Shown: in pieces, positions 13,031 to 26,181 of the stretch
Position numbering within the stretch: the stretch's first letter is position 1
Layout: each line of letters opens with the position of its first letter
Assembly (NCBI GenBank): GCA_964270895.1
Contig: OZ185437.1
From: Podarcis filfolensis
Taxonomy: Eukaryota
DNA length: 64,000 nucleotides
Strand: one strand, 5' to 3'
Notes under the pieces: model-generated
What the model was told of the DNA's origin: nothing
Seen by the model: only the letters and a program-made list of their open reading frames with translations
Databases searched by the model: none
Made by a program: the position numbers and the translations under genes

Positions 13031-14437
13031 ATGACACTTACCTTCTGTCTGGCTGAAAATAGGAGCACAGGTAATCACAGGCAGTTAACATGGACAAACA
13101 ACAAGTGGCTTTCCCCTGTGATTATTCCTTGTAGAGATAACTGTGTTATCTGTTTTTGGAAAATGAACTAAGCTACAAAAGAAAAGTGGCTTCTCAAATG
13201 AGAACCAAAAAAACCCCCCAACCCTGCTGGATATCGTTTCGTGTCACCGGTACCAGTAAAAGTTTGAATGAAGACAAAACAAGAGTTTTTACAGCATTCC
13301 TTGTTTTTATTCTAACATTGGTGGTGCCATGGAGTCTGCACACCCATCTCTCCCCCAGGGCTTTTGCAACACTTAATGAGAGTTCTGAACTCACAAATGA
13401 TATGTACCTGTGATGCAAATGGATGCCAATTGGTTCAGCATCAAATTATCTCCACTTAGGTCCTCGAGAGGAAGATTGTAAACATGCATCAACTCAAAAC
13501 GTGTAAACAGAACCAGTAGTTCAATATGCTTGTCGTCTGATATTTTAAGAGAGGTGGGGCGGACCCTCATTTCTCAGTGCATACTTGCTCAAAACTCCTC
13601 TGAAGACAAACTGTGCCATGCATCATGTATCATTTATGGTGCCTGTAGTTCTCATGTTCCTCAGCAATTCTGCATGTAAAGAAATGTCAAATACCTAAGG
13701 CCTCCGTGTCAGGAATCTGGCCTTCCCTATCACTGCAGCCATCGCTGATAAACAGTGCATGTGCCACAAAAGGCCTATTGGAGAGAACACTGGACATGAT
13801 CATACATGGGTACATTCAACACATGTACAGCTGTCCACCCAATCTGTACCCCACATCAACTTTTAAATCCACCATGCGTTCACATTATTATTTCTATAGA
13901 CTCTTTGTACATGTGCAAAGCATAGCATCGGAGCAGTCTTATGCACTCCTTTTATATGGATGAAGTAAAGAAGAAAGCAGGTGTCACACGCTCCCTCTCC
14001 ACCCTGAGTAGCAGCCTATGGGGCAGGTTGGTGCTGCTCACCTGGCTTCCCAATGCAGACTTCACTGCTGGTATCCAAAGAGGGGGTAGGGAGGTGGCAG
14101 GGAAGTCGGTGTGGGCAGAGCAGCAGATCCAGTCCAATGCTCCTGCTCCTGCCACTGCACCTGTACCCCACTGACCTCCCCACCACCTCATCACTACCCC
14201 TCTCAGTTACCAGCAGTGGCTTCCACTATAATAAGCAATGCAGTCCCACCATGGTCCACAGGCCACGACTGACTCTTCGAACCTTGGGGGATGAGGGTTC
14301 TGAAATACACAGGGAGTCTATACAAAAAGAGCAGACTCTCCACTGCACAGAGTCACCCTCCAACTTGGGATGGGAGAGGGAGAGGGTGGGGCTGGCATGC
14401 TCATCTTCACTTACTTTTCCTTCCATCCATGCATCCA

Positions 14438-14450
14438 AGTTAGTTAGTTG

Positions 14451-14488
<38 letters not shown>
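14438..14488. repeat. (GTTA)n microsatellite at the tail of a minus-strand L2/CR1 3' end (to ~14690)
   Basis: Directly visible; adjacent to a LINE-tail-like sequence. Confidence 0.85.
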
Positions 14489-14801
14489 ACACCACCCTTT
14501 ATCCGAAGATCTCAGGCTGGTTCACAGTGTAAAAATACAATATAAAAACACAAAATACATAATGAACACAAGAACAAGAGAAACCAACAACCCTCCCTCC
14601 CTCCCACAAACACGTTTAAAAGGATATAGAATGTTAAGTCTATTTGAAGTCTATTTGAAGAGAAACATTTTTGCCTGGCTCTGACCAAACCAATTCCTGC
14701 TTAGCTTCTCCAAGGATGTTGCAACCTATGTGCCTCCATGTAACCCACAAGTTCTCTGCAGCATGGAAATCTGATTCTTAGTTTGCTACACACATTACTC
14801 T

Positions 14802-14811
14802 ACACACACAT

Positions 14812-14867
<56 letters not shown>
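14802..14867. repeat. (CA)n(GA)n compound microsatellite
   Basis: Directly visible. Confidence 0.95.
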
Positions 14868-14869
<2 letters not shown>

Positions 14870-15691
14870 CTGTTGATATCATTTTAGTTAAAATGGGAGC
14901 CTAACTCTCCACCTCTTTTAAGAACTGGATATGCGGAAATAGCCACAGGCTGGGGCATTTTGGCATTGTAATCCTGTCAATCCATTTGCACTTTCCAAAC
15001 ATAGCTTTATTGTGAAAGTTAACAAACAAAGCAGGCAAGATGGGGAGGGGAAAGTATGAGCAAGAATAGAAGATTTCAGCAGGCAAACAAAGAAACAATG
15101 AAAGGGTGTGTTCTCCCTCCTGAAAAAAGTCCTTCAAAGGGTGTTAGCTGCAAAGATAATAACACCAATGTCTCCCCTTTAAGGTAGTAAGTCCTTTTGT
15201 TCAGCAAATAACATGGAGATAACTCATCCCTCAGTGTCACTGTTTCAAACACATTTAAATTAACCCTTCTAATACCACATCATCTCAGAAGTGTCTGTGG
15301 AGGGCATATATTGATTGAAAGTGTATTGTATTGTAACTGTATTGTAACTTTTGAATAAATGTTTTCTGAATTTTTTATTTAAAAAATTAACCCTTTAAAG
15401 GCATCAAATTGCTCTCATATTCACAATTCATCAGTTGCAACTCCTATATCATCACCATCGCCAAATAATTAATTATAATAATAGTTTATTTTATTACATT
15501 TATATGCTGCTTGATTGTAAAAAAAAGAAAAAGCAACCTCATAGCAGTTTACAAAAATATAAAACAATAAAATTGATAAAAACTTAGAACAATACTTTAA
15601 AACATACCAAAGTTAAAACAGATAAAAATTATCTCAGTTCAATAATAATAAACACTTGGTTGTCACCTTTGTACAGAAATCCTATACTCAG

Positions 15692-16010
15692 TAAAAGGTA
15701 AAGGGACCCCTGACCATTAGTCTAGTCGTGGACGACTCTGGGGTTGCCGTGCTCATCTCGCTTTACTGGCCGAGGGAGCCGGCGTTTGTCCGCAGACAGC
15801 TTCTGGGTCATATGACCAGCATGACTAAGCCACTTCTGGTGAACCAGAGCAGCGCAAGGAAACGCCATTTACCTTCCCACCGGAGCAGTACCTATTTATC
15901 TACTTGCACTTTGACGTGCTTTCAAACTGCTAGGTTGGCAGGAGGAGACTGAGCAACAGGAGCTCACCCCATCGCAGGGATTCGAACCGCCAACCTTCTG
16001 ATCGGCAAGC
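15692..16010 (-). mobile_element. Sauria SINE (lacertid type), 5'-truncated
   Basis: aaggtaaagggacccctgaccattag...gattcgaaccgccaaccttctgatcggcaag; near-identical to 30534-30896 but missing the head end. Confidence 0.95.
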
Positions 16011-16574
16011 GTTACGTATATAGATCAGGTCATCAGACTATGATTCCTACTGGATTTGATAGCAGGAAAACACGGTGCTGTAAAAGCAGCAGGATTTGTG
16101 CTTGGGGAGTGATTCGACTTTTGCTGTAGTCATCTTTTCCTAGTTTTTCAGTGATTATTACGTGGAATACTCTCAGCTCACATCCTTAGGATGAAATGGC
16201 TGACTCATGTTCTTATTTATCTGAGTGTCTGAAGAAGGGAGCATTGCGGGAGGATGGGAGTCTAGTCTCCTTGCTGGGTTAGCATTGTCTGAGGAGCTCA
16301 TATGTCTTTCCCTGTCACAAATACTTTAAACAGCAAATCCAGGACCAGATGCCCATCACCAGACCCTGAGTCTATAAGAGGACCATTTTATCTGTATAGT
16401 TGCATTCTTAGGTTTTCATTGATTGGTTGCTATACCTGGTTTTGCTTTTGTAAATCGGTTTGGGTCACCTTTGTGAGGAAAGTGACTAATATATTATTGC
16501 TGTTGCTGGTGTTATGAGAAGAGGAGGCAGAGCAAAGCACTAGCCCCTTCTTCCATCTCCCAGAGTAGATTGCC

Positions 16575-16673
16575 ATTAAGTCCTGTTCAATCCCCTGCAA
16601 TGCAGGAATCTTTTGCCCAATGTGGAGCTCAAACCCACAACCCTAAGATTAAGAGTCTACCAGCTGAGCTAGC
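16575..16673 (-). mobile_element. tRNA-Lys-headed SINE with CR1 tail, internally deleted
   Basis: Reverse complement reads tagctcagctggtagactcttaatcttagggttgtgggtttgagctccacattgggcaaaagattcctgcattgcagggg. Confidence 0.75.
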
Positions 16674-16934
16674 CACAGAATGTTGAGTCATCCTAGATGT
16701 AGGGCAGTGCAGAGCTTGCCCTATGTCTATCACTGTCACTGCATTTTCCATCGTTTCCTCATTCCTTAGTCATTTTGGGCCTCACTGAGGAGCTGCTTAA
16801 GAGATCTCAGTTGTCTACATGTGTAGCCCATCAACTGCTTTGTTTTTAATCTGTTGGCAAACTCAGTCCTTTTTGCTTTGATGTGACAGTACACAGAACA
16901 GCTCAACCAATGTAACTAGCACCGGGTTCTGTGC

Positions 16935-17075
16935 TTGGGAGTAGCCAGTGTGCTACCCTCCAGATGTTTCGGACTACAATTCCAATAAGCCCCAGCCAGC
17001 ATGGTCAATAGAGAGGGATGATGGGAGTTGTAGTACAGTAACCCCTAGAGGGGCTTGCACTGGCTACCCTTGGCT
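16935..17075. mobile_element. Palindromic hAT-like MITE (actacaactccc...gggagttgtagt family)
   Basis: Self-complementary; related copies at about 6845, 8425, 9755, 22751, 26830, 33380 and 53628. Confidence 0.7.
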
Positions 17076-17577
17076 TCCCTACTATGCTGGCTTGTGGGTG
17101 TATTCTTAGCATATTAGGAGCATAGGACTATTATCAACATAGCTGACTGTAAAGTACATTTGGGATGGCAGACAGATAAAAAAAATAATCTGAATAAACT
17201 ATCTTCCATCTTCATCATGCTTCCATATCCAATTCTACACTGTGTGCATTGTTGTACACAGATTCTTTTACAGAGCAGGCTGCCAGGGCTTAATTTATGA
17301 CCCAGAAACTTTGTGTTAAAAAAAGGGGTGTGTGGCAGAGTTGTGAAATGCTGCTAAGAATGAGCCTTGTTGGCCTCCCATGACCCCCATGAATCTCCTG
17401 GCAGGGTTGCTTAAGGTCATCTCATGATGTGTCATTGTCTTAGGAATTCATATTTCTCTCAGGTCACAACCCTTCCCCCCTCTACTGTTGACTGTCACAG
17501 ACCTAAGTAAGGTGAATCTGCACTGTATGCCTTCAAACCTTTCCATAGCTTGCCTTGTTCTCTTGCCTAGGAGAAGT

Positions 17578-17706
17578 GGAGCAGCTCAGCTCACTGGTAG
17601 AACACAAACACTTAGCATGCAAGAGGGCCCAGGTTCAATCTCTAGGCTTCAGTCTGCAGCCGTGGAGACCTTTTGCTGTTTGCTGTTGACAATACTGACC
17701 TAGATG
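17578..17706 (+). mobile_element. Decayed tRNA(Ala/Cys-like)-derived SINE
   Basis: A/B-box remnants (agctca..tggtaga; ggttcaatc) and tail gacaatactgacctagatg; related copies at ~23236 (+), ~49195 (+), ~40855 (-). Confidence 0.6.
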
Positions 17707-20700
17707 CATCTGTTCCATGAATTCCAGAGATGACCGTAGATTAGCAGTAATTATTTAATTGTCTAAAAGTGACTGCATATAACAGCCCTAACAAACTCGC
17801 TAATGCTGACCTTTCTTGTGTTTCAGTTCTACATGTAAGTTCACTTTCTATGCCATACTATACTATATAAGGCATCATCTATATATGCAGGATCATATCT
17901 TACTGCAGCACTATTGGTCTAACTTCTTTTTTCAGACAGGAAGCTATGTCCCTAAGCCTTCCATGGAGCATGCGGAGGAGGTTAAGGAATGGGTGGGTGG
18001 ATCCAACTCTATTTTGTATGTTGTTGTTGTTGTTGTTGCTGCTGCTGCTGCAAGGGCTCTAGCATATTTCATGAACCCAGGAAGATACAGAGAGGTAATT
18101 TGACCCAGATAGGTTTTGTTGAAATAGGCCCAATGCAAACTGGAAAGGTTGCACCATGAGGCTACCATGATCTTCCATTGTTGCCTGACCAGGTCCAGCC
18201 TGAGGAAGAAGCTTGTGCAACTGGTAGAACATGGGCTGAAACTGTTCCAGATTCCTTCACATTAAAAATAGGCCTGCACTGTGTTTTCACCAATTAAAAA
18301 CAACAACCACATCCTCATTTGCTTATGATTTTCATGCATTGTTCACCATTTCTTTTTCCAACATGCTGCTTGTTGCACTATACGTTTGAAACACTGGCTC
18401 CTACCAGAGGTGATCCCAGCCAGCCTGGGGTCCTCATAGCTGTGTCCATACATTGTGTGAGGATAATTAACAATGTGTTCACATGCTTCAAATATGTTGA
18501 TAACCCCAGCTGAGACTGTTGAATTTCCCCTGGTAAGTAGTTTATAAGTACACAAGGACGACCTTAAAGGGCAGGCACTAGCAAAATACACTGAATACTG
18601 TACTTACTACTGTACATTCAAAACATCAGGTCATATAGACAACTTCCAGAACAGTTAGCCCTAAAAATTTAATAGTCTAGTCAAGAATATAGTGTTCAGT
18701 GCAAAACGACAAGTGTCTAGATTAATCTAGAAGCTGTCTAGATTAACTTTATACCAAGGAACTTATTTTTAAACTATATCTCTCCCTGTGAATGCTTAGA
18801 AGAATATCTATACATCACACACACACACACACACACACACACAATGACATGTAACCTCTGGGAAGGTGATACAAAAAATAAATAAATCTTTTGAATGACT
18901 CATTATATTTCAGACAATCCAATTAACATTCTGTACTGTCTTTAATATTTCTTATTAACTCATTCATTCAGTTCTGAAAGATTATCTGCTCATCCTACCA
19001 GCTACTACTTTTAAATTAGTTCTGCAATCTCATACACATGTGCTCATAACCCTAGTCATGATTTTCAGGAGGAAACAGTCATTTTGCTGCTAATATGCTT
19101 GTCCATACCTGCCACAGAATTTCCCATAAATTCCACTCACTAAATGTTTATGCCATTCTGACTCCAATTTCACAGCATATTTGTTCATTTTCCATCACTT
19201 ACATTTTTGTTTTCAGGCAGACAGATGTCTCACTTACCAGAAATTAAACGCTTCATTTCCCTGTTTTTCATTTAATAGGCATGTGTGACAACTGGCCAGT
19301 TTTTGAAATGCAAAACATAATGTCAGCAAAAAGAAAGGGTATGTCTGTTGCTGCCGTTGGTCTGACTTGGATTAACTGCTCTTCCACCTCCCCCACTACA
19401 TGTTGTGAGAATGAATGTCCACAGTCATATTTTCTGACCTATATACACATTTACTTCTAGTAGGCAATAGATGAATTTGTCAAATTTTGGTTGATCTCAG
19501 TTTCTCATTTTTTCCAATCATAAATTCAGTTTGCAATTAGTGTTATTTTTAGGTCCTCATGAAAACCCATCAGCATTTTAGTGCAAATTCCAAATCCAAA
19601 AATATTTCCACCCACTGCTAAAAAATGTACAGGTTTTTTTGTATGTAGTTTTCACCAATATGCAAATTTTTGCAAATATATATCTGTATCTCCCAAAACC
19701 AACACCCATGGGTCAAAAAACTGCTCGGAGAGAGGAAATGCCACAAGAAATCTTACATAGGGGAAGTGAGTGGCAACCTCTCCTGTGGCCTTGAATGAAC
19801 TTTCAGGCCAGATTGCTTCCTGTAGTTATTTGGGGAGGTTGACATTACTGGGCAGTTTGACCCTCAGTGGTGACAATCCTGCCAAAAACTATTTACTTTC
19901 CTTTTAGGAGGAGCTTTGACAGGTAAGAACTTCACGCCTTTCATAGTTCAGAAGTGGAGAGAATGTTATAATTTGTGAGACTGTCATTATATGAAATTAT
20001 AACCTGACAGACCTGTTGTGACATTAAAATGACTGGCAGAGCTTGTTTTGCTTCTTTTGCAAAGAGCAATTTCACTTCTCTGTCCCTACATGATCTATAA
20101 ATCTCACTTTGCGAGATTCTTCAGTACCACACTGTTCACTGTGTTAAACAATAACAAACTCAGGAGCAAGAAAAACTGATTTCTATCACCCATAAACATT
20201 AGGTACACATGGCATAAACTTCCTTATTCTACATAATTTCTTCTTCTACTGCTAGTTATTAGGAAGGGAAGCATATGAAGACTAGGCTCTCAGCTGATGG
20301 AAATGCAGCTTAGCTTCTCCAACACCCTGCATGCGATCTTTGAAGTTTTAGCTGGTGTTGCCCATCTTCTCAACCAAAACGATATGAAATTCCTTTAACA
20401 AGAGATTTGTAAGGCTGCTGAATTCTGCATCCAAGTATCGGATTTTGTGGCTGTCCAGCACAAGCGCAGAACTGCATGGAATAAAATACAAATTTTGGTA
20501 ATACTGGGTTCATAAAGCTAGATGGAGATTGCTCTCCTCAGATCACTTCCTGTGCATACCTAGTTAATTACTGCAGGTGGTGTTTGTTAGTAGCAAACTT
20601 ACAAAACACCACCTTGCTTTGCCTATTCTGAGCTCCCATTTCTTCCCTGGGAAAGGAGAAGAGGCAACATACTATTATAACGAGTTTTCATGCTGGGTTT

Positions 20701-21789
20701 GAGAGGGTGACAAGCGAGGTCAGAGTCTCTCTCCACACTGACAAAGGGAGTGGCCACAGGGACAGCATTCTCACTTTGTTCAGAAACACACAAGAAGATC
20801 AGAAGCAGTGTTCGTAGATTTAATCTAACAAGTAGGACTCGTACCTAGGAAACTATTAATTAACAGCAAAAAGCATTTGCTGAAGAACTGAAAATAAATT
20901 CTGGAGATTTTCAAACCCCCCCCCCCAACTTTCAGTCTTAAAAAGGGTCTCCAATGTGGTTTATGGAAAAAAGAAAAAAATACCACAAGACAAAGTATTA
21001 AAAAGCAAAAAGAGCAGAATTTAAAAACCCAATCTAAAATAAAGAACCATTAGAAGCTAAGCAAAATAAAAATGTTTTTGCTAACTGCCTAAAAGGAATG
21101 GGGTCAACCTGACCTCCTTAGGGAGGGAATACCATAATGGGGTACTGCCACACTTTGTAATATATTCTCCAAACCCTAAACTGTGGCTAACGGTATCTAC
21201 AGTCCGTTTAAACAAGACAGCTTTGTACTCCATGGATTGAAGTTGACTCATTTCAGACAAACCATAGTTATCATTCACCACAGTTTGTTAAGTGCAGATA
21301 ACACAATCAGCTTTGGAATATTTTAAACTGGATACAAAAGATTCCAAAGTTTGGCTCTGCTAGAGTGTGAGGCATTGCCCTGCTTTAGCATGACTTCTGA
21401 CCCAAGGCACTGTCTCGTCATGTCCTGTTTTTAATGACATAGTGAGCTGTACTCTAGCTGAGTCTTGGGGAAAACATGCACCGTTTGTAACCCAAAGGCA
21501 GCTAACTAGCTATGCATATGGCCGACTAAGGGCTCGCTAACCCTTGGCTGTGTTGCTTGATTGGAATTGCAAAAACAGGAATGCATCTGTCAGGCTTGTG
21601 GGCAACATTCAGTCTCATGGGGTCACAAGTTATTCAGGCATGTGTGAGATAGTTCAAAGTGCTCCAAGTCCCCCATGCAAACTAGCTAGTGGTGACTTTG
21701 ATAGATTTCTTCTTCTTTTATCAATGGCTACATCAAGAAACAATTACCGGTAAGCTTAGGTGTGTGGGTATTTTACTCTCAGTTTCCAT

Positions 21790-22130
21790 GTGATCAAAAG
21801 TTAAGCACATCTTTGCCAAAGGAGCTTCTAACCAGGGCCTTTTCTACTGCTGTTCCCAGGTTGTGGAACTCTTTCCCTAGAGAAGTTCACCTGGCTCCCC
21901 CTCTCTGAAGCTTCAGGAGAGCTCAGAGCTGCTAAGACCTTTTTATTTCACCACGCTTTTACTACAGGTTAAAGTCCTGTCTATTTGGTGTTTTTTATGC
22001 TGAATTGTTTTGTCCTGCTCTTGGTTTTATTGCATGAAATTGATTTTCATGATTTGGACTGTGTTTTAGGTATTTTGTGAACTTTTCCTATGCACTGCTT
22101 TGAGTTTCTTTTATAAAGGAAAACAGAGTG
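21790..22130 (+). mobile_element. L2 LINE 3' fragment
   Basis: Translates RAFSTAVPRLWNSFPREVHLAP (L2 RT C-terminal motif) followed by a T-rich 3' UTR. Confidence 0.75.
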
Positions 22131-22158
22131 CGATTAAAAAAAACAAAACTAACATAGT

Positions 22159-22338
22159 GGTCACATCCACACCATGCATTTAAAGCACACGGCATCCCCT
22201 AAAGGATCCTGGGAACTGTAGTTAATCCCTCACAGAGCTACAATTCCAAGCACTCCTAACAAACTATAGTTTCCCGGGATTCTTTTGGGGAAGTTGTGTA
22301 CTTTAAATGTGTCTTAAGGGTACGGTGTGAATGTAGCC
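22159..22338. mobile_element. Palindromic MITE (PIF/Harbinger-like ends)
   Basis: TIRs ggtcacatccacacc / ggtgtgaatgtagcc and internal inverted repeats. Confidence 0.65.
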
Positions 22339-22659
22339 AGTATTTGCAGAAAAACTCAGTTTTCCTCTTGCAAGCGGGAATTTAAGGTTCCCTGCAACAT
22401 CTCACTTCATGTATCCGGCATTATTCTCAAAGATAACTGTGGAAATTAGCAATTTAAGCTTTGAAGTTTCTGAGTTTTCTGCTTGCTGTTCTTGAATTTG
22501 GGGTGATTAACTTGTTTGTGTAACTTGTGGTTGGCTGTCTGCACATCACATGAGCCACAGGAGAGGAAAGAAAGCATCTGCTTCTATTTTAGTCAAATCT
22601 GCCAAAACAAATGAGGCAAAATGCAAAGTCTATTGTCAGTATTCATTGGCAGGGTGTAT

Positions 22660-22661
<2 letters not shown>

Positions 22662-22700
<39 letters not shown>
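22662..22700. repeat. (GT)n microsatellite
   Basis: Directly visible. Confidence 0.95.
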
Positions 22701-22706
<6 letters not shown>

Positions 22707-22750
22707 TCAAACTTGGCACAAGAATATGAAAACACTTGGTTGCTTTACAC

Positions 22751-22880
22751 CAAGGATGGGGATCCTGTGGCCCTCCAGATGTTATTAGAGTCTATCTTCC
22801 AGCAGCTCCAGTAAGCCTGGCCGATGGTGAGAGCTGGAGAAAGTGGAGGGCATTTGGAGGACAGCAGGTTCCCCATCCTC
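22751..22880. mobile_element. hAT-like palindromic MITE
   Basis: TIRs caaggatggggatcctg / caggttccccatcctc. Confidence 0.7.
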
Positions 22881-23809
22881 ACCTTTCACTTTTCACTTGG
22901 AAATGGGGATGCATAAGAATAGCACTAGACAAACATTTTCAGGAATAAATTTGGTGGCATTGTACAGATGAAACACACTGCCTTTCTGACAAGACTACAC
23001 TTGCTCAAGTTATACCAAGACAGGAAAGGTGAAATATGGGCAGTGCTGATTTCCTGGATGTTATTATGCTAGGAAGGTTTCTTGAACAGGAATTCTATTG
23101 TTCTGTGGCACCTTTAAAATGCAAACACTCACATCTTTCTGGGAGGATATATTTTACTATATTGTCCCTACCTTGCGGATCATAGACACCATGAATCAGT
23201 GTGTTTGCTTTGTTGGCATCCTTGCCTGTACATGCAGTGTGGTAAACACCTGCTTTTCTTGCATAAGGTCCAGTGTCAGGCATCTTAAAAGAACTTGGGT
23301 AGGAGGACTGAGATTCAGCCCTTGGGAAGATACTGCTTGTCAAGAGTACACTGTTTTGGGATACACAGACCGATTGTCTGAACAAAGAACATAAGGACTG
23401 TCTAGTCAAGAATCAAGTTTCCCACAATGGACAGCCACATGAAAAGCCCACATGAGGACACAATGCATTTTTGCATTCCCCTAGGCACATTTCCAATGTC
23501 CTCGTGAAGAATATGGAAACATCCTTCAGTTCTGTCTTTGGAGGAATACTGATATGGGATCAATCCCCCAGTTTTGTTCTGGCCATGGTAAAATGCAGTC
23601 TAGCTTGGTTGCTTCAGCAAACTGGCTAGCTTAGTATTCCTTTACCTGCAGCCATGTGTGTGAGAGAGAGGAGCTGACTTGTCTCCTCTTCCTTCTGCGC
23701 CCTGTAACAGGCAAAATGTAAGCTGATAAATTAGATATTCAGGTCCTTTGCCAATGCAGGTCCACATTCATTCAAACTCTATATTTCTATGGACCACTGC
23801 GCATGAGCT

Positions 23810-24160
23810 TTTAAAAATAATTTTATTTATATAATTAATTTTACAACATACAAAAAAATTTAAAAAGATAAGCTTGAAAAGCAAACAATTTATCATATAT
23901 ATCTTATTTAGACTCCCCTCCCCCTCTTTCTGTGGTTCCTTGTTTATGCAATACTTTACTGCATTTCCAAATTAAACCAATTTATTATTTATACCCTATG
24001 TTCCATATAGATATTTTTTTTACTAACGTGCTTATTTTTAATGCGATAATTTGTACACCCAAATGTCTGTATCTGCAGTGGCAGCTTGTAACATTTTGAC
24101 TTGGTAGTGCTGCAATTTTTAACCTTGCTGTTTTTATCACAGTAGGACTTGTACAACACT
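23810..24160 (-). mobile_element. Decayed L1/Tx1-type 3' tail
   Basis: T-rich start and gactcccctccccctctt...ccttgttt, resembling the reverse complement of the 3' UTR of the 45873-47949 element. Confidence 0.5.
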
Positions 24161-26056
24161 TTTTTTAGGAAGATGGATAGATTTCTCAATGGCTGTTAGC
24201 CCTGGTGGCTAACTGGAAAAGTCCTGAAGCATTATGCCAGGGAACAGAAACCTATGGCCTTCCATCTGTTGTTGGACTTCCCCTTCCATCACTGGCAATA
24301 CTGGCATGGGCTGATGGAAGATGGATTTCAATAATTTTTGGAGGGCCATAAGATATTCACCGCCTTTGACTACTGGACACAAACATGGCATGACCATGCT
24401 GGGAGATACTAGAAGCATCTATTTGGCCATTGTGTGACAGAGAATCTTGGTCCTGGTAGGCCTTGTTCTAATCCAACAAACTAGTGTTTGTAGTCATTGT
24501 GCTTGAATTGCTCTAAGCAGAGTTATATAAATGTACCAAGTAAATCAAATTATATCTTTGTGTGTAGCTGCAATTTTGCTGTTGCTTGCTAGAGTCAAAG
24601 AAGACAATGTCATGTCAAGGGCGAAAATTGTTACTGAATTTGGCAGCAAGATAAAAGCATCAACAGGCCTCATTCCTAAAATAGTCAAAACATTTCCATC
24701 ATTATAAGTCACCAGACTTATTTGTCAATGGAAAGAATGTGTTCCTGCACAGATGAGAGAGAAATAGAGGAAGCTAAATGCAGGAAGGCACAGGGATTTC
24801 AGTAAAAAAACATTCCAGACAGTGTCTGTTCCTTATGGTTCCCTCAAAAGGCAAGACCTTACAAGTCATTGCCATAAAGTAAGAGATGGAAGGACATACT
24901 GTGCAGTCCATAACTTGGGTCAAACTACTAAACAAACATTTATCCTTCGAGTCCAGCGGGACAAAACACATACCTGGGGAAAAGAGGTGCTTCCCCACTC
25001 AACTGCAGTGTAGACTGCTTGGTCCATGCTGTCCCCATCATCTGAACCAGTATGTATACTGGTTGCACAATGAACACCCTTCAGAAATATTGTGCAGGTA
25101 TGCCAGTAATGTTTGATCCTATCTTGTGTCATGCATGCTGATAGCAATGGGACTATTTCCTTAGTTCCTTAGTGCACATGCACCCACAGATGTTTCCCCT
25201 AAGATCCACAGGGCCCTTTCCCTCTACTGAAGTTCAGCTTGAAAGAAGTGTCCTATTGTAGCCAATAGAATAGGTTGTGGTCTGTGCTTGGGGTGGGGGG
25301 TTGGTGCCCACAACAGTTTCTCCAGTTTGTAAATGTGCCCACAGGCCCCAAAAGGTTGGCAACCTCTGCTTTTGTATCTGTCATGTGTTGTATCCACAGA
25401 ATATAAGACTGTAATCAAAGCAAGTAGAAATATTACTTCCTTTGCCTCGGTAGTACATACCAGTATGTGCAGGTATTCCTAACCTTGTCAATAAACCAGG
25501 ACACTGAACACAATCAGAGAGAGTTCAGGGTCATTTCAGGTAAACAGGGTTGTTCTTGGTTTGCTATAGGCTTTTGTGCCATAGGACATAAATTATTTCC
25601 ATAGAGGAGGAACCTTTAAGTGAGGCTGTCTGCCAAAAAAATGATCATTGTAAAAAAAAAATTACTTATGTTCCTGGGTGCTCCTTAAATAGCCCTTCAT
25701 TGCTGTCTCACTTGAGCTTGAAACTGTGAGAAACAATTTGTATGGTCTTCACAGCCATCGTTTACAAGGAACTTAATGAGTCACTGTCTCAGGCTGCTCC
25801 CTTGCATGCAAGCATTTGTTCTTTTCAACTTCCTTCTTTTTTGGGGGGGAAATTCTTAGACACGTATTCCAAAATGTACTACTTTCCTTATGGAGAAATA
25901 AACATTTCTGGGGCATTAATGAGGTACACATATCCAAGTCAAAAAAGTTTACTGATGATGTCTCAATAGACAAACACAAATGAAATAACTCCATGCTGAG
26001 TGAAGAATTGTAGCCACGTGTTTATGTTCAAATGTCCCATACTTATTACTCAATAA

Positions 26057-26181
26057 CATAGAATCATAGAATTGTAGACTTGGAAGGGACCCTGAGGATC
26101 ATCTAGTCCAACCCCCTGCAATGCAGGAATGTGCAGCTGCCCCATACAGGAAGTGAACCTGCAACCTTAGTGTTATCAGCA
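26057..26181 (-). mobile_element. tRNA-Ile-headed SINE with CR1 tail, 5'-truncated
   Basis: Reverse complement reads tgctgataacactaaggttgcaggttcacttcctgtatggggcagctgcacattcctgcattgcagggggttggactagatg...tctatgattctatg. Confidence 0.75.
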
